Positions 1 through 9,495 of a stretch of DNA of 64,000 bases are shown in pieces (position 1 is the first letter of the stretch; each line of letters begins with the position of its first letter). The stretch comes from an uncultured Dehalococcoidales bacterium (GTDB taxonomy: Bacteria > Chloroflexota > Dehalococcoidia > Dehalococcoidales > UBA3254), in assembly GCA_964386535.1 (NCBI GenBank), contig CAYLRY010000008.1:6579-70578 (forward strand), given 5' to 3'. The translations under genes and the position numbers were made by a program. The notes below the pieces were generated by a model. The model had not been told where the DNA came from. It ran no database searches and was given only the letters and a program-made list of their open reading frames with translations.

Positions 1-812
1 TCTATTAGTTTTTGACTAAATAACGCCAGCCCTTCGTCCGGGAAGCCACCACCTGTGTGCCCCAGATCAGTAGTCAGTACTATATGCTTTGGCCCGATCT
101 CGCGAATCTGTTCGACGACAATATCCCACGAAACCTTGCCGGTAGCCGGAGTGTTGTAGCAATGCTCAACAAAGGCGCCGGGCTTCAGCAGTTCCTTCTG
201 TTCTTCAATAGAATAAAATGTAGAAGGAAAATCTGCATGGGTGATAATAATACGCTCCACTTTACGTTCCTGAGCCGCCTTAACCAGCGCAAAGGTCTCC
301 TCATGGGAAAGGTGACTGGTAGCCATAATCATTTTATACCTGGCAATAACATCCAGAACATCAAAGACTTCAGGTACCAGCTTCCCGTTTTTTAGTATGT
401 AAATAGTGGGAGAATTGATCCCCTCAGCCTTCAACTGATCTAATATTTTAGTCCAATAGGCGCGTTTATTTTGGGGGGTGTTTGCCTGAGATTCCCGTTC
501 ATGCCGGGAGTCTGTAGTGGGGAACCAGACAAGTTTGGCTCCTGACCTCCCTGCCATATCCACGGCCATAGGGTTGATACCGCCTACAGCGCTATTTAAG
601 GTTATAGTGCCGATGGCGTTACAAGCGGGAAACATTTTGCGGATTATTTCAGCGCGCTCGGAGGTACAAAAATAATGCGATTTGATGGCGTAGCCTTTCA
701 TTCCTGAGTTGATGATGCGTTGTGCCATCTCGATGTCATCGAATTTACGCGGAAGGACATCAGGAGCGGAATGGACATGCAGATCATATGCGTCGTGTAA
801 AAGAGCGTTCAA
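1..812 (-). CDS. Metal-dependent hydrolase-like protein (HxH, TIM-barrel amidohydrolase type); C-terminus runs off the left window edge
   Basis: Absent from the ORF track because it is edge-truncated. The reverse strand from TTG 812-810 (AAGGAGG 7 nt upstream) is an open 270-codon frame: MNALLHDAYDLHVHSAPDVLPRKFDDIEMAQRIINSGMKGYAIKSHYF...RIIITHADFPSTF...VLTTDLGHTGGGFPDEGL. The HVHSxPD and THADF motifs fit metal-dependent hydrolases. Confidence 0.75.
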   Translation of the reverse strand, partial: MNALLHDAYDLHVHSAPDVLPRKFDDIEMAQRIINSGMKGYAIKSHYFCTSERAEIIRKMFPACNAIGTITLNSAVGGINPMAVDMAGRSGAKLVWFPTTDSRHERESQANTPQNKRAYWTKILDQLKAEGINSPTIYILKNGKLVPEVFDVLDVIARYKMIMATSHLSHEETFALVKAAQERKVERIIITHADFPSTFYSIEEQKELLKPGAFVEHCYNTPATGKVSWDIVVEQIREIGPKHIVLTTDLGHTGGGFPDEGLALFSQKLI

Positions 813-907
813 AACATTACCCTCCTTTAAATGCAATACAGACCAGATCCGTACTGGCTATTAAATCGATATATACTGGCTGGCGCATGCCAGCCAGTAT
901 GGTATCC

Positions 908-2620
908 TTACTTGCTTACCCAGATATTTTCTACATCCCAGAACGCTGGCGACGCAGAACTGGCAGGGGCGCGGGTTCCCAGACCCGTATCATGGACCTT
1001 ATCGGAAACTACCCACAGGCTAGACTCCCAGTAGATAGGTATAAAGGTGCAATCATCATAAATGACCTGGGAAGCTTTCTGCATGGATGCCTTTTCCGGC
1101 ACTATAGGACCAGTGCCTATTTCATCGTAGACAGCCTTCCAGTCAGGCGCATCTTTGACTACAGTATAACGAGAAGTGCGGCCTGGTGGGAAGTTATAAC
1201 CGATTGTAGCCAGAATGCTTCCCTCAAACGGAGTCATGTTCATTAAGAGGGCGTTTTTCCATCCCTTGGCCAGATAATCAGCTTGCTTAGCTGTGGTGAT
1301 AAATTCAATTTCAGTACTAATTTTTACTGCGGCGAGATTGGCCTGGACGGCCTGCAAGACATTTCTATCCATGGTATCAAGGGCAATTATACGAGTGTTG
1401 AAACCATCAGCGTACCCGGCTTCAGCTAACAGGGCTTTAGCCTTGGCCACATCATACTTGCGTCCGGTGATCGTGGGTACATAAGCCGGCGCTTCCGGGC
1501 TGGCTGGTTGCGTGGCAGCTTTCCAGAAGCCCAGTCCAAAGGTCTTGGCGATGCCTTCTTTATCAATCGCATATTCCACAGCCTGACGTACCTGAATCTT
1601 GGAGTAAGGTGAATCAGCATTGGCGCTGTCCGGCATTAGACTCATGGAGTCCGCCGGCTGTGATATGACCTGGTACCCCTGCACTGCCAACTGGAAGGCA
1701 TTCAAAGGGTTGCTGGTGGCATTTAAGATGATTGGATCGTTGGAGCTAGAGGTAAAAAGAGCTTTTTGTGTCATCGGATCTTTAACAAACACAAATTTGA
1801 TACTGTCCAGATTGGGCTTGCCGGTATTCCAGTAATTGGGATTACGTTTTGCGAAAAATGAGACATCTCTTTGCCAGTCTGACTGCACATAGGCGCCGGT
1901 GCCTACAATGTGTTCCTTGACCCAATCAATACCGTTTTTCTCGTAAGCGGTGGGAGACACCATATAATTCTGGTACTTGGCAAAAGCCGGAAAGATGGAG
2001 TTACGTTGCATAGTCATGGGGACTGAAAGGGTATAATCATCAATTACGTCCAGGGATTTATAGTAACTTACGCTGGCATACAACTTCGAATTAATCTGTT
2101 GTTGCATATTCCATTTGAGAGCCTGAGCATTCACCTCCGTTCCATCGGAGAACTTTACGCCTTTTTTAACATGCCAGATGATGGTAGGAGGATTATTCTG
2201 ATATTCCAGAGAAGCGAGTTGCTCCGTGAGTTTACCATCATTTCCTTCTTTGAGAAGCGTTTCCATACAAACTTGCTGGCAGACGTTGCCGCTGGCAAAC
2301 AAAAAAGAAGCCCCGATGGGACCTGCAGGACCATTGGGCTCAATCCAAGTCAAAGTACCGCCGAGGTGCGAACTGGTTGTTTCTGATGCGGGTTTGGTTG
2401 CCGGGGGAGCAATAGTTGCCGGCCCGGCTGCAGATGTGACCGGCACCGTGGTAGATGGGATTGGAGCGCTGATGGTAGTTGTTACTGGAGATAATATGTT
2501 TGTTTTTGGAGGCGTGGTCGTTGCAGGAGTCGGCGTGGTGTTCGGGGAACTGCAGCCGACCGCTAACAACACGCAGAGCAGGAATATGGATAGGGCAATC
2601 ACCATAAATGGTTTTTTCAT
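908..2620 (-). CDS. ABC transporter substrate-binding lipoprotein, family 5 (peptide/nickel/opine type)
   Basis: 570-aa ORF. It has a signal peptide with lipobox LAVGC, a ~60-aa T/P/A-rich linker, and an SBP_bac_5-like core (NPNYWNTGKPNLDSIKF, AVEYAIDKEGIAKTF, LLAEAGYADGFNTRI). Confidence 0.85.
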   Translation of the reverse strand: MKKPFMVIALSIFLLCVLLAVGCSSPNTTPTPATTTPPKTNILSPVTTTISAPIPSTTVPVTSAAGPATIAPPATKPASETTSSHLGGTLTWIEPNGPAGPIGASFLFASGNVCQQVCMETLLKEGNDGKLTEQLASLEYQNNPPTIIWHVKKGVKFSDGTEVNAQALKWNMQQQINSKLYASVSYYKSLDVIDDYTLSVPMTMQRNSIFPAFAKYQNYMVSPTAYEKNGIDWVKEHIVGTGAYVQSDWQRDVSFFAKRNPNYWNTGKPNLDSIKFVFVKDPMTQKALFTSSSNDPIILNATSNPLNAFQLAVQGYQVISQPADSMSLMPDSANADSPYSKIQVRQAVEYAIDKEGIAKTFGLGFWKAATQPASPEAPAYVPTITGRKYDVAKAKALLAEAGYADGFNTRIIALDTMDRNVLQAVQANLAAVKISTEIEFITTAKQADYLAKGWKNALLMNMTPFEGSILATIGYNFPPGRTSRYTVVKDAPDWKAVYDEIGTGPIVPEKASMQKASQVIYDDCTFIPIYWESSLWVVSDKVHDTGLGTRAPASSASPAFWDVENIWVSK

Positions 2621-2699
2621 TTTACTAACCTACCTTCCTTTTAGTCAATCTTAATAATCGTCCTGTTTGGCGTTGTCCAATCTAAAATATTTATTCCTA

Positions 2700-3461
2700 C
2701 TAATCGCCGGCGATATTTTTAGAGATGCGATTAGTACTGGCAATCAACTCCTTTACCATTTCGGATACCCTTTCACGTAATCTATATTCGGGTCCAAGAA
2801 TGGATAAAGAGGCTGGAAGGTGGTAGTTTTTGATGGGAGCGGCTATACCTAAGGCCCCGGGGACCTTCTCCCCGTAACTAATGGAATATCCCTGCTCTCT
2901 GGCTTCTTTTATTTTCAAAAGAAATACGGTTTTATCGATTATTGTATTTTCTGTTATCTTTTCAAGTTTTATATATTTCAAGAGCTTTTCCAGCTCTTTG
3001 TCACTCGATTGTGATAGTAAAACCCTTGCTGTTGGGCCAACGAATAAAGGTGTTAAAGTTTTAATCTCTTCGTGAATCCGGAGGTCGTTTTTACTTTCAA
3101 TTGAATAGACAGGTAGATATTCGATTCCTAACCGAACCGTTAAATTGATTGTTTCCCCGCTGATTTCTGCAATTCGCTGCATTTCTTCAATGCTACAGGC
3201 TATCAGCTGCTGATGCGTGACCTGGGGGAAAGAATGGATTTTATCTATCAGGGTGCCCACATAGTGCTTTTTTGTTACGGGATCTTTCCTGGCAAACCCT
3301 GATTTTTCAAGAGCCCTGAGCAATCTGTATACTGTTGGCATTGAATAATGGCAGTGATTGGATATTTCGCTCAGGGTATTAATGCCCATGCTCAGACATA
3401 CCAATATTTTCGCTGAGCGGGCAATAGACCTGATTTCAACGCTATCTCTTTGCTTTTCCAT
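2700..3461 (-). CDS. IclR family transcriptional regulator
   Basis: 253 aa. N-terminal wHTH (ARSAKILVCLSMGINTLSEISNHCHYSMPTVYRLLRALEKSGF) plus a C-terminal IclR effector-domain pattern (GALGIAAPI). Divergent from the enolase-family gene. Confidence 0.85.
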   Translation of the reverse strand: MEKQRDSVEIRSIARSAKILVCLSMGINTLSEISNHCHYSMPTVYRLLRALEKSGFARKDPVTKKHYVGTLIDKIHSFPQVTHQQLIACSIEEMQRIAEISGETINLTVRLGIEYLPVYSIESKNDLRIHEEIKTLTPLFVGPTARVLLSQSSDKELEKLLKYIKLEKITENTIIDKTVFLLKIKEAREQGYSISYGEKVPGALGIAAPIKNYHLPASLSILGPEYRLRERVSEMVKELIASTNRISKNIAGD

Positions 3462-3860
3462 ATGTTAAACTTTCAAAATGCAAAATAATTATTTTATATT
3501 TTTAAAGTGTTGTTTTTATTATACCATGTCTGTCAATAGGCGGTTGGCGCATTGTTGGAAACCACACCTTTAATTGTTTTTCGCTTCACTATTTTGACAA
3601 TCCTGTGTATAATCGTAAAAGACAAATAAGAAATATTTAAATTATTTCCGGTTTAGTCGTTCTACCATTAAAGGGACTTTCAACTAGATATATAATAAAA
3701 TATAAGTTATTTTAAATTATTATTAATTATTTAATTATATTATAAAGGTATTTTTAGGAGGTAGATCAATGGTAACTTTAAACATACCCTGATGAGCCAT
3801 TTCTCTTCTCGCTCAATATATCGATATTGTTTTTATATAGAAAAAGATAAGGAGAAAAAT

Positions 3861-5042
3861 ATGAAAATAACCAAAATAGAATGTTACCCTATCAGCTTAC
3901 CCCGGCCTGCACCCAGTAACAGAGCTAATGATATCGTATTGACCAAGATATACACAGATGAAGGTATCACTGGCGTGGCTGACGGCGGTGAACACCTGAA
4001 TGCTTTTGGCGGACAGGAAATAGTGATGGCCTTAATCAAATCATGGGGGCCCATCCTGATCGGCGCCAATCCATTTGATAAAGAGCTGATCCTGGGCAAG
4101 TTAAATAGCTTTATACACAGCAACACAGGCCTTTCATATCCTAATGTAGTTGCCATCATCGACTTTTGTTTATGGGACCTGATTGGTAAAGCCATGAAAC
4201 AACCTATCTATCAGCTGTTAGGCGGTAAGGCCAATGAAAAGCTTCAGGTTGATTATGTGATGTCTGATATTACGGCACCTTCACCGGTTGAGCTGGCGAA
4301 AAGAGCGGAAAGGGCAGTGGATAACGGTATTCGGACGATATGTCTGAAGGTGGGAGGACTCTGGGGAGGGAACTTCGAACGCGACGTGGTGAATATCAAG
4401 ACGCTTAGTAAAGCCATTGGAGATAGAGAGGATTTCCATTTATGCATAGATGCCAACGGGGCAATGAACTATACCATGGCGCTGGAGCTAGCTCGCAGAG
4501 TGGAGGATTGTAAGATATATAAATTCGAACAACCTACACCGTGGTGGGATATTGATGGACTGGCCCGTCTGCGGAAAAATATCAAACCGGCAATTTGCGC
4601 ACATGAGTCCAGCGTCAAGATCCCCGGTTTGCTTGAAGTAATTAAAAAGGATGCTGCTGATATGGTAGGCACCAAGGTTGTATGGACGGGAGGCATTTCA
4701 GAGGCTGTCAGATGGGGCGGTATTGCTAAAGGAGCTGATCTGGCGGTTTACTGCGGATCCATGAACGGGCCTTTCGAGGCGGCAGCCCAAGCACAGTGGT
4801 TGGCCTCGGATGCCATGTATGGCCATCTGGCACATGCCAATTTCTTCCCCATGTCTTACCACGACACCTTCGATACTACCGGGAAATTGACCAGAGAAGA
4901 TATTGTTGTTAAACCACTGGCTTATAAAAATGGCTATTTCTATCCACCGGATGCACCAGGAATAGGATTGGAACTCAACGAGAAGGCTATTCCCAGGTTT
5001 ATTACCAAAGGTATGAGCCCACTTACGATTGATGGAAAATAA
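3861..5042 (+). CDS. Mandelate racemase/muconate lactonizing enzyme family protein (enolase superfamily)
   Basis: AAGGAG lies 6 nt before ATG 3861. MKITKIECYPISLPRP forms the capping domain; barrel motifs are ICLKVGG, CIDANGA, KFEQP and CAHES. The track start at 3792 adds 23 implausible residues. Confidence 0.85.
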   Translation: MKITKIECYPISLPRPAPSNRANDIVLTKIYTDEGITGVADGGEHLNAFGGQEIVMALIKSWGPILIGANPFDKELILGKLNSFIHSNTGLSYPNVVAIIDFCLWDLIGKAMKQPIYQLLGGKANEKLQVDYVMSDITAPSPVELAKRAERAVDNGIRTICLKVGGLWGGNFERDVVNIKTLSKAIGDREDFHLCIDANGAMNYTMALELARRVEDCKIYKFEQPTPWWDIDGLARLRKNIKPAICAHESSVKIPGLLEVIKKDAADMVGTKVVWTGGISEAVRWGGIAKGADLAVYCGSMNGPFEAAAQAQWLASDAMYGHLAHANFFPMSYHDTFDTTGKLTREDIVVKPLAYKNGYFYPPDAPGIGLELNEKAIPRFITKGMSPLTIDGK

Positions 5043-5139
5043 ACCCTGAAATCTCGTAGGGTAGAGTCTGTTGTGGTATTTCCATCTGGTATAAAATTGA
5101 AAGATAAGGTAAATCCCCTTTAACAAAACGTATGGTATT

Positions 5140-5177
5140 AAAAAGAGGCCAGTTTTACGTTCACCGGCCTCTTTTTA
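5140..5177. terminator. Bidirectional rho-independent terminator between convergent genes
   Basis: AAAAAGAGGCC (5140-5150) pairs with GGCCTCTTTTT (5166-5176) around a 15-nt loop. A/T runs sit on both sides. Confidence 0.6.
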
Positions 5178-5264
5178 ATACTCTATTGATTTTTATCTTT
5201 CTGTAAATCTTATGTTATTGATTTATAGCCCCTAAAGCATAATATCCTTATGTTCTTCATTTTA

Positions 5265-6020
5265 TTATTTGGAGCGGATTTTTAAAATGGCGTTGTGAGA
5301 TTGTTTACGGACAGCAGCATTACTGTCATTCAAAGACACTTCAAGGAATGGGATAGCTTCCTCATCGTTCAGACACCCCAGAGATGATGCGGCAATTGCT
5401 CGCACCGTGGCAGCGCTGTCGTTTAAAGCTTTGATTAAAATTGCCGCAGCTCGCCCGTCTCCAATCAATCCAAGGGAAGAAGCGGCCACAGCGCGCAGGC
5501 TTTCATCTTTATCCTGCATGAGGGATATCAAAGGCAATACCGCCTTTTCGTGGCGTAAGTTGCCGAGCGCCATTGCAGCATTACAGCGTACACCAACATC
5601 CGGATGTTCAAGTGATTGGAGCATTATGGAAGCGACCTCATTTCCGCCGGCGGTATATAATACATTAACCACTGCCGCATGTACTTCTTTTTTACTTTGA
5701 TCTTTAAGAATGTCTTCCAGATAAGGAATAGCTTCAGGATTTTTCATTTCACCTAAAGCTGAAATAGCTGCCCGGCTCACAACAAGACTTTCATCATTCA
5801 AAGCAGCAATAATAGAGGTAAAAGCCTCTTCTCCTGAAATTCTACCTAGCGCAATAGCCGCACAACCCCTTATCCAATCAATCTCACTCTTATTCTTAAG
5901 TATAGCGCTTAACGCACTTATAGCATTTTTATCTCCAGTTTGACCCAGCTCGATAATAGCAGAAGCCCGGATTCTGATGTCCTCATCATCAAGACCCTCT
6001 AGATTGGATACCGGTTCCAT
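5265..6020 (-). CDS. HEAT-repeat (PBS-lyase-type) protein
   Basis: 251 aa of reiterated ~31-aa units (VRxxAAxALGxIGDxxAxxxLIxALxD). Confidence 0.8.
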   Translation of the reverse strand: MEPVSNLEGLDDEDIRIRASAIIELGQTGDKNAISALSAILKNKSEIDWIRGCAAIALGRISGEEAFTSIIAALNDESLVVSRAAISALGEMKNPEAIPYLEDILKDQSKKEVHAAVVNVLYTAGGNEVASIMLQSLEHPDVGVRCNAAMALGNLRHEKAVLPLISLMQDKDESLRAVAASSLGLIGDGRAAAILIKALNDSAATVRAIAASSLGCLNDEEAIPFLEVSLNDSNAAVRKQSHNAILKIRSK

Positions 6021-6296
6021 GTAAAATCACCTTCCTGTTAAAAGTTTCGCTAAAGAGTTTTTTTGCGTTTATAAAGTGAAAATATCATCTTAGGAATAGC
6101 TTAACATAACCTGCATCATTTAACAATATTTAGCTATACTGTGAGGTTCAATTCATTATACTTTCTTCTAATACATTGTATAATTGTCTAGAAATTGTTA
6201 CAATTTTCCGGGAACACTTCTTAACCTGGTAAAGATCAGAGAAAGGCTATATTAATCTTATTGTATCGTAAGTTCTATTTAAAACGGCGTGAAAGT

Positions 6297-6728
6297 TCAA
6301 TTTGAAAGCTTTTCCCTGATCTTTTCAGGAAGCGAAATCACCTGTTGCCGGTTATAATCAAAGGCAACAATACCTGTTTTTGCCCTGGCGACTTCTGAAT
6401 TACTTTGCTCCTCCATCAGGCGGTAAACAATATTAAAGCTTTTCTGAGTGAAATCTGTCGTCGCCACGTCGATCCGCAAGCGTTGTCCGTAATTGACCTG
6501 CTTCTTATAGATCAAACTTAAATCTGAAATAATAAATCCCAGACCGGAAATGATGTCGTATTGTTCTGAAAACCCTCGACCGGATAAAAACTGCGCTCTG
6601 GCTTCCTGGACCAGCAAAACCATAGAAGCATGGTCCAAATGGTGTCCGCTGTTAATATCCCCAATACGAACCTGCAAAAAAGTTGAAAAATTGAATTTTT
6701 CCGGTAAAGTAATCTCTAAACTGGACAA
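6297..6728 (-). CDS. Hotdog-fold acyl-CoA thioesterase (4HBT/YbgC-like)
   Basis: 143 aa with a TTG start. The length and pattern (FxxxVRIGDINSGHHLDHASMV...GFIISDLSLIYKKQVNYGQRLRI) are typical of 4HBT thioesterases. Confidence 0.7.
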   Translation of the reverse strand: MSSLEITLPEKFNFSTFLQVRIGDINSGHHLDHASMVLLVQEARAQFLSGRGFSEQYDIISGLGFIISDLSLIYKKQVNYGQRLRIDVATTDFTQKSFNIVYRLMEEQSNSEVARAKTGIVAFDYNRQQVISLPEKIREKLSN

Positions 6729-7187
6729 TGATCAACCCTGCATACTGTTTTATGTATTATATGCTCAAGGGAATCCGGAAAGTCAATTTTTCAATCTCAT
6801 GAAAAAAAATACAGGATCCAAATTTGTTTGGTATCTGTACCAGAGGATTAATTATCACAGTTAACTATTTACATTATGGCGCTTATTTGTTATATTTACA
6901 GAAAATATGACAGCTTTATATCTACACACGGACAGGGTATAGGTAGAGATCTCCCAGGAGGAATTAAAACCAGGTAGCACAAGATAATAAAATATATGTT
7001 CTTGCTTCTTTATTCTTAAAATAAATCTATGATCAAAATTTAAAACAATATCTTTCAATATTATTCAGTAAAATATTTATTTTATTGAATAAAAGTATAA
7101 TAATCCATTTTATAAAAAATGATATAATTAATATGATTAAATATTTTAATATTATATAAATGATTCAAGACAATATGTGAGGTTAAT

Positions 7188-8168
7188 ATGAATGAAGCGG
7201 ATGTTAAAGAAATACAGGATACAGGCAAGAAAGTCCGGGAAAACATTGAACGAGTCATTGTGGGGAAAAGCCACATCGTAGAACTGGTACTGGTTTCCGT
7301 TCTCTGTGAAGGACATGTATTAATTGAAGATGTTCCAGGAATAGGAAAGACTATGTTAGCCAGGTCAGTGGCCCGTTCTCTGCAATGTGTATTTCACCGC
7401 ATCCAGTGTACTCCGGATTTATTACCCTCAGATATTACCGGAACTCATATTTATAATCAAAAAACCTGCGACTTTGAATACCGTCCAGGGCCGGTTTTCG
7501 CTCAGGTAGTGCTTGCTGATGAAATCAACCGGGCCACACCCAGGTCGCAATCTGCACTCCTGGAAGCAATGGAAGAACGCCAGGTTACCCTAGAGGGTGA
7601 AACTCGAAAATTGCCCCGGCCCTTTATTGTACTGGCCACACAGAACCCCATTGAACTGGAAGGTACCTTTCCTCTGCCAGAAGCCCAATTGGACCGCTTT
7701 TTAATGCGTCTCAGTATTGGTTATACTACAGAAAATGAGGATGGCATTATTCTGGACCGTTTTATGAAATCCAATCCGATTGAAGAATTACAACCTGTAG
7801 CGACTGCTGAAGACGTACTGCATTTGCAGCAATTATGTCACCAGGTTCTGGTTACTGCCGACGTTCGTCAATATATTATCAGGCTGGTTCGAGCTACCAG
7901 GGAGCAAAACAACATAGAGTTGGGCGCCAGCCCGCGCGCAATGATCGGCCTTTGCCGGACATCACAGGTCCTGGCTGCTTTGAGGGGTAGACCCTTTGTT
8001 ATACCTGATGATGTTAAATATCTGGCGCCCTTTATCCTTTCTCACAGAATTATTCCAGAGGCTTCTGTTTCTTTAAAAGGACGTTCCGGCGAAGAAGTTG
8101 TCCGTGAAGTACTGGATTCTGTCCCCGCTCCCGTGGAGTCAGAACCAGAGCTCATCTTGCGCAAGTAG
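7188..8168 (+). CDS. MoxR-family AAA+ ATPase
   Basis: 326 aa. Walker A is EDVPGIGKTMLARS, Walker B is VLADEINRATPRSQSALLEAMEE, followed by ATQNPIELEGTFPLPEAQLDRF. Confidence 0.9.
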   Translation: MNEADVKEIQDTGKKVRENIERVIVGKSHIVELVLVSVLCEGHVLIEDVPGIGKTMLARSVARSLQCVFHRIQCTPDLLPSDITGTHIYNQKTCDFEYRPGPVFAQVVLADEINRATPRSQSALLEAMEERQVTLEGETRKLPRPFIVLATQNPIELEGTFPLPEAQLDRFLMRLSIGYTTENEDGIILDRFMKSNPIEELQPVATAEDVLHLQQLCHQVLVTADVRQYIIRLVRATREQNNIELGASPRAMIGLCRTSQVLAALRGRPFVIPDDVKYLAPFILSHRIIPEASVSLKGRSGEEVVREVLDSVPAPVESEPELILRK

Positions 8169-8228
8169 CTTTAAAAATAAAAACATCCAGAGGTAACAAG
8201 TTGAAGGGGCAAAAAAGGAGTATGAAAC

Positions 8229-9464
8229 GTGCTGGGTAATGCCTGGCTTTTTATTACATTCATACTGATTGTCTTTGCGGCTATTCTCAGGCAACCTACC
8301 CTATTGATTGTTGCGGTAATCTTTTTTTTGACTTCAGGTATTGCCCGGCTCTGGTCACGCTATTCTCTACAGCGAGTAGAATATAAACGATTACTCAGCT
8401 CTAGCCGTGTTTTTTTTGGTGAAAACATTACTGTAGACATAACTGTAACCAACCGTAAATTCCTTCCATTGCCATGGCTTCATATAGAGGAAGAAATTCC
8501 CGAGGAATTGACTTTGCTTAAGGGTAAAACCTTTTCCTCGGCCAAACCTGATCGATCAATTTTATCCAATTTTCTTTCCATAAGCTGGTATCACCGTATG
8601 ACTCGCAGATATCCCTTTAAATGCGCCAGGCGAGGCATTTTTTTCTTTGGGCCGACAATTATTAAATCGGGAGATCCTTTTGGTTTTTTCCGGTCTGAAA
8701 CCACAGTTGAAAATCAGGACCGGTTAATTGTCTATCCGCGTATTTTGACACTGGAAGAACTGGGAATTCCTTCCCGTCATCCTTTCGGAGATTTACGTGT
8801 ACGGCGTCACCTTTTTGAGGATCCTGTTCTCGTGATGACCACCAGGGATTATGTTACTGGCGACCCCCTCAAACACATACACTGGAAAGCTACCGCACGA
8901 TCTCAAAATATTCAAAGCCGGGTCTTCGAGCATACTACCAGTATTGACCTGGCCTTATTTTTAGATGCACGGACCGTTGCTGACACTTATTATTGGAGTC
9001 TGATAAGTCCTGAATTTCTGGAGACAGGCGTCCTGACTGCAACGGCCATCTCATCACATGCGGTAAAAAACGATTATAAAGTCGGCCTTTACTCTAACGA
9101 GTACTATTACTATTCTGACCGTTTGATAAGGCTGCCTCCATCCAATCATCCTGACCAACTTAAATCCATATTGGAAGCTCTGGCTCAGGTCAGAGGATTT
9201 CCGGCCTTAAGCATGGAAAAACTGCTGAATATGGAAACGCGCAATTTAACCTGGGAAACCACAATTGTGTTAATTACAGCAGTACCCACTGAAGGCATTG
9301 TTTTTGCTTTAAAGCGCCTGCAAAGGGCCGGCAGGCGGGTTGCGCTGGTAACTATTGGAAAACAAAAGCTGGCTGTAAAAAACGAAGGGCTGCTTACGTA
9401 TCAGGTTTCTGAAGAAGTATTCCGTAAACAAATGGAAGCTATTAGTTTAAGACAGGGTAGTTAA
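8229..9464 (+). CDS. DUF58 (vWA-like) protein, MoxR partner
   Basis: 411 aa with a GTG start 9 nt after AAGGAG. It has two N-terminal TM helices, the motif DYVTGDPLKHIHWKATARS and a vWA-like C-terminal half. Directly follows moxR. Confidence 0.85.
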   Translation: MLGNAWLFITFILIVFAAILRQPTLLIVAVIFFLTSGIARLWSRYSLQRVEYKRLLSSSRVFFGENITVDITVTNRKFLPLPWLHIEEEIPEELTLLKGKTFSSAKPDRSILSNFLSISWYHRMTRRYPFKCARRGIFFFGPTIIKSGDPFGFFRSETTVENQDRLIVYPRILTLEELGIPSRHPFGDLRVRRHLFEDPVLVMTTRDYVTGDPLKHIHWKATARSQNIQSRVFEHTTSIDLALFLDARTVADTYYWSLISPEFLETGVLTATAISSHAVKNDYKVGLYSNEYYYYSDRLIRLPPSNHPDQLKSILEALAQVRGFPALSMEKLLNMETRNLTWETTIVLITAVPTEGIVFALKRLQRAGRRVALVTIGKQKLAVKNEGLLTYQVSEEVFRKQMEAISLRQGS

Positions 9465-9495
9465 TCAGTAATTAATTAGCAACAGGTGGAATATA

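Noticed and set aside
57-1246. Track ORFs 57-395(+), 722-1246(+) and 831-1034(+).
   Set aside because: They are antisense to the better-supported reverse-strand hydrolase gene and the SBP gene. They have no SD and their composition is unprotein-like.
2226-2654. 142-aa plus-strand ORF rich in Gly/Val.
   Set aside because: It is the mirror image of the Thr/Pro-rich linker and signal peptide of the reverse-strand SBP gene. This is a low-complexity shadow ORF.
3792-3860. Longer N-terminal extensions offered by the track (3792, 14499, 27092, 31527, 37399, 53200).
   Set aside because: In each case an internal ATG or GTG has a proper SD and begins the conserved family N-terminus. The extensions lack an SD, overlap upstream genes or encode implausible sequence.
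6861-7276. 65-aa and 64-aa reverse-strand ORFs in the AT-rich spacer before moxR.
   Set aside because: They sit in AT-rich intergenic DNA and have Ile/Asn/Phe/Tyr-biased composition with no SD. One overlaps the moxR start.
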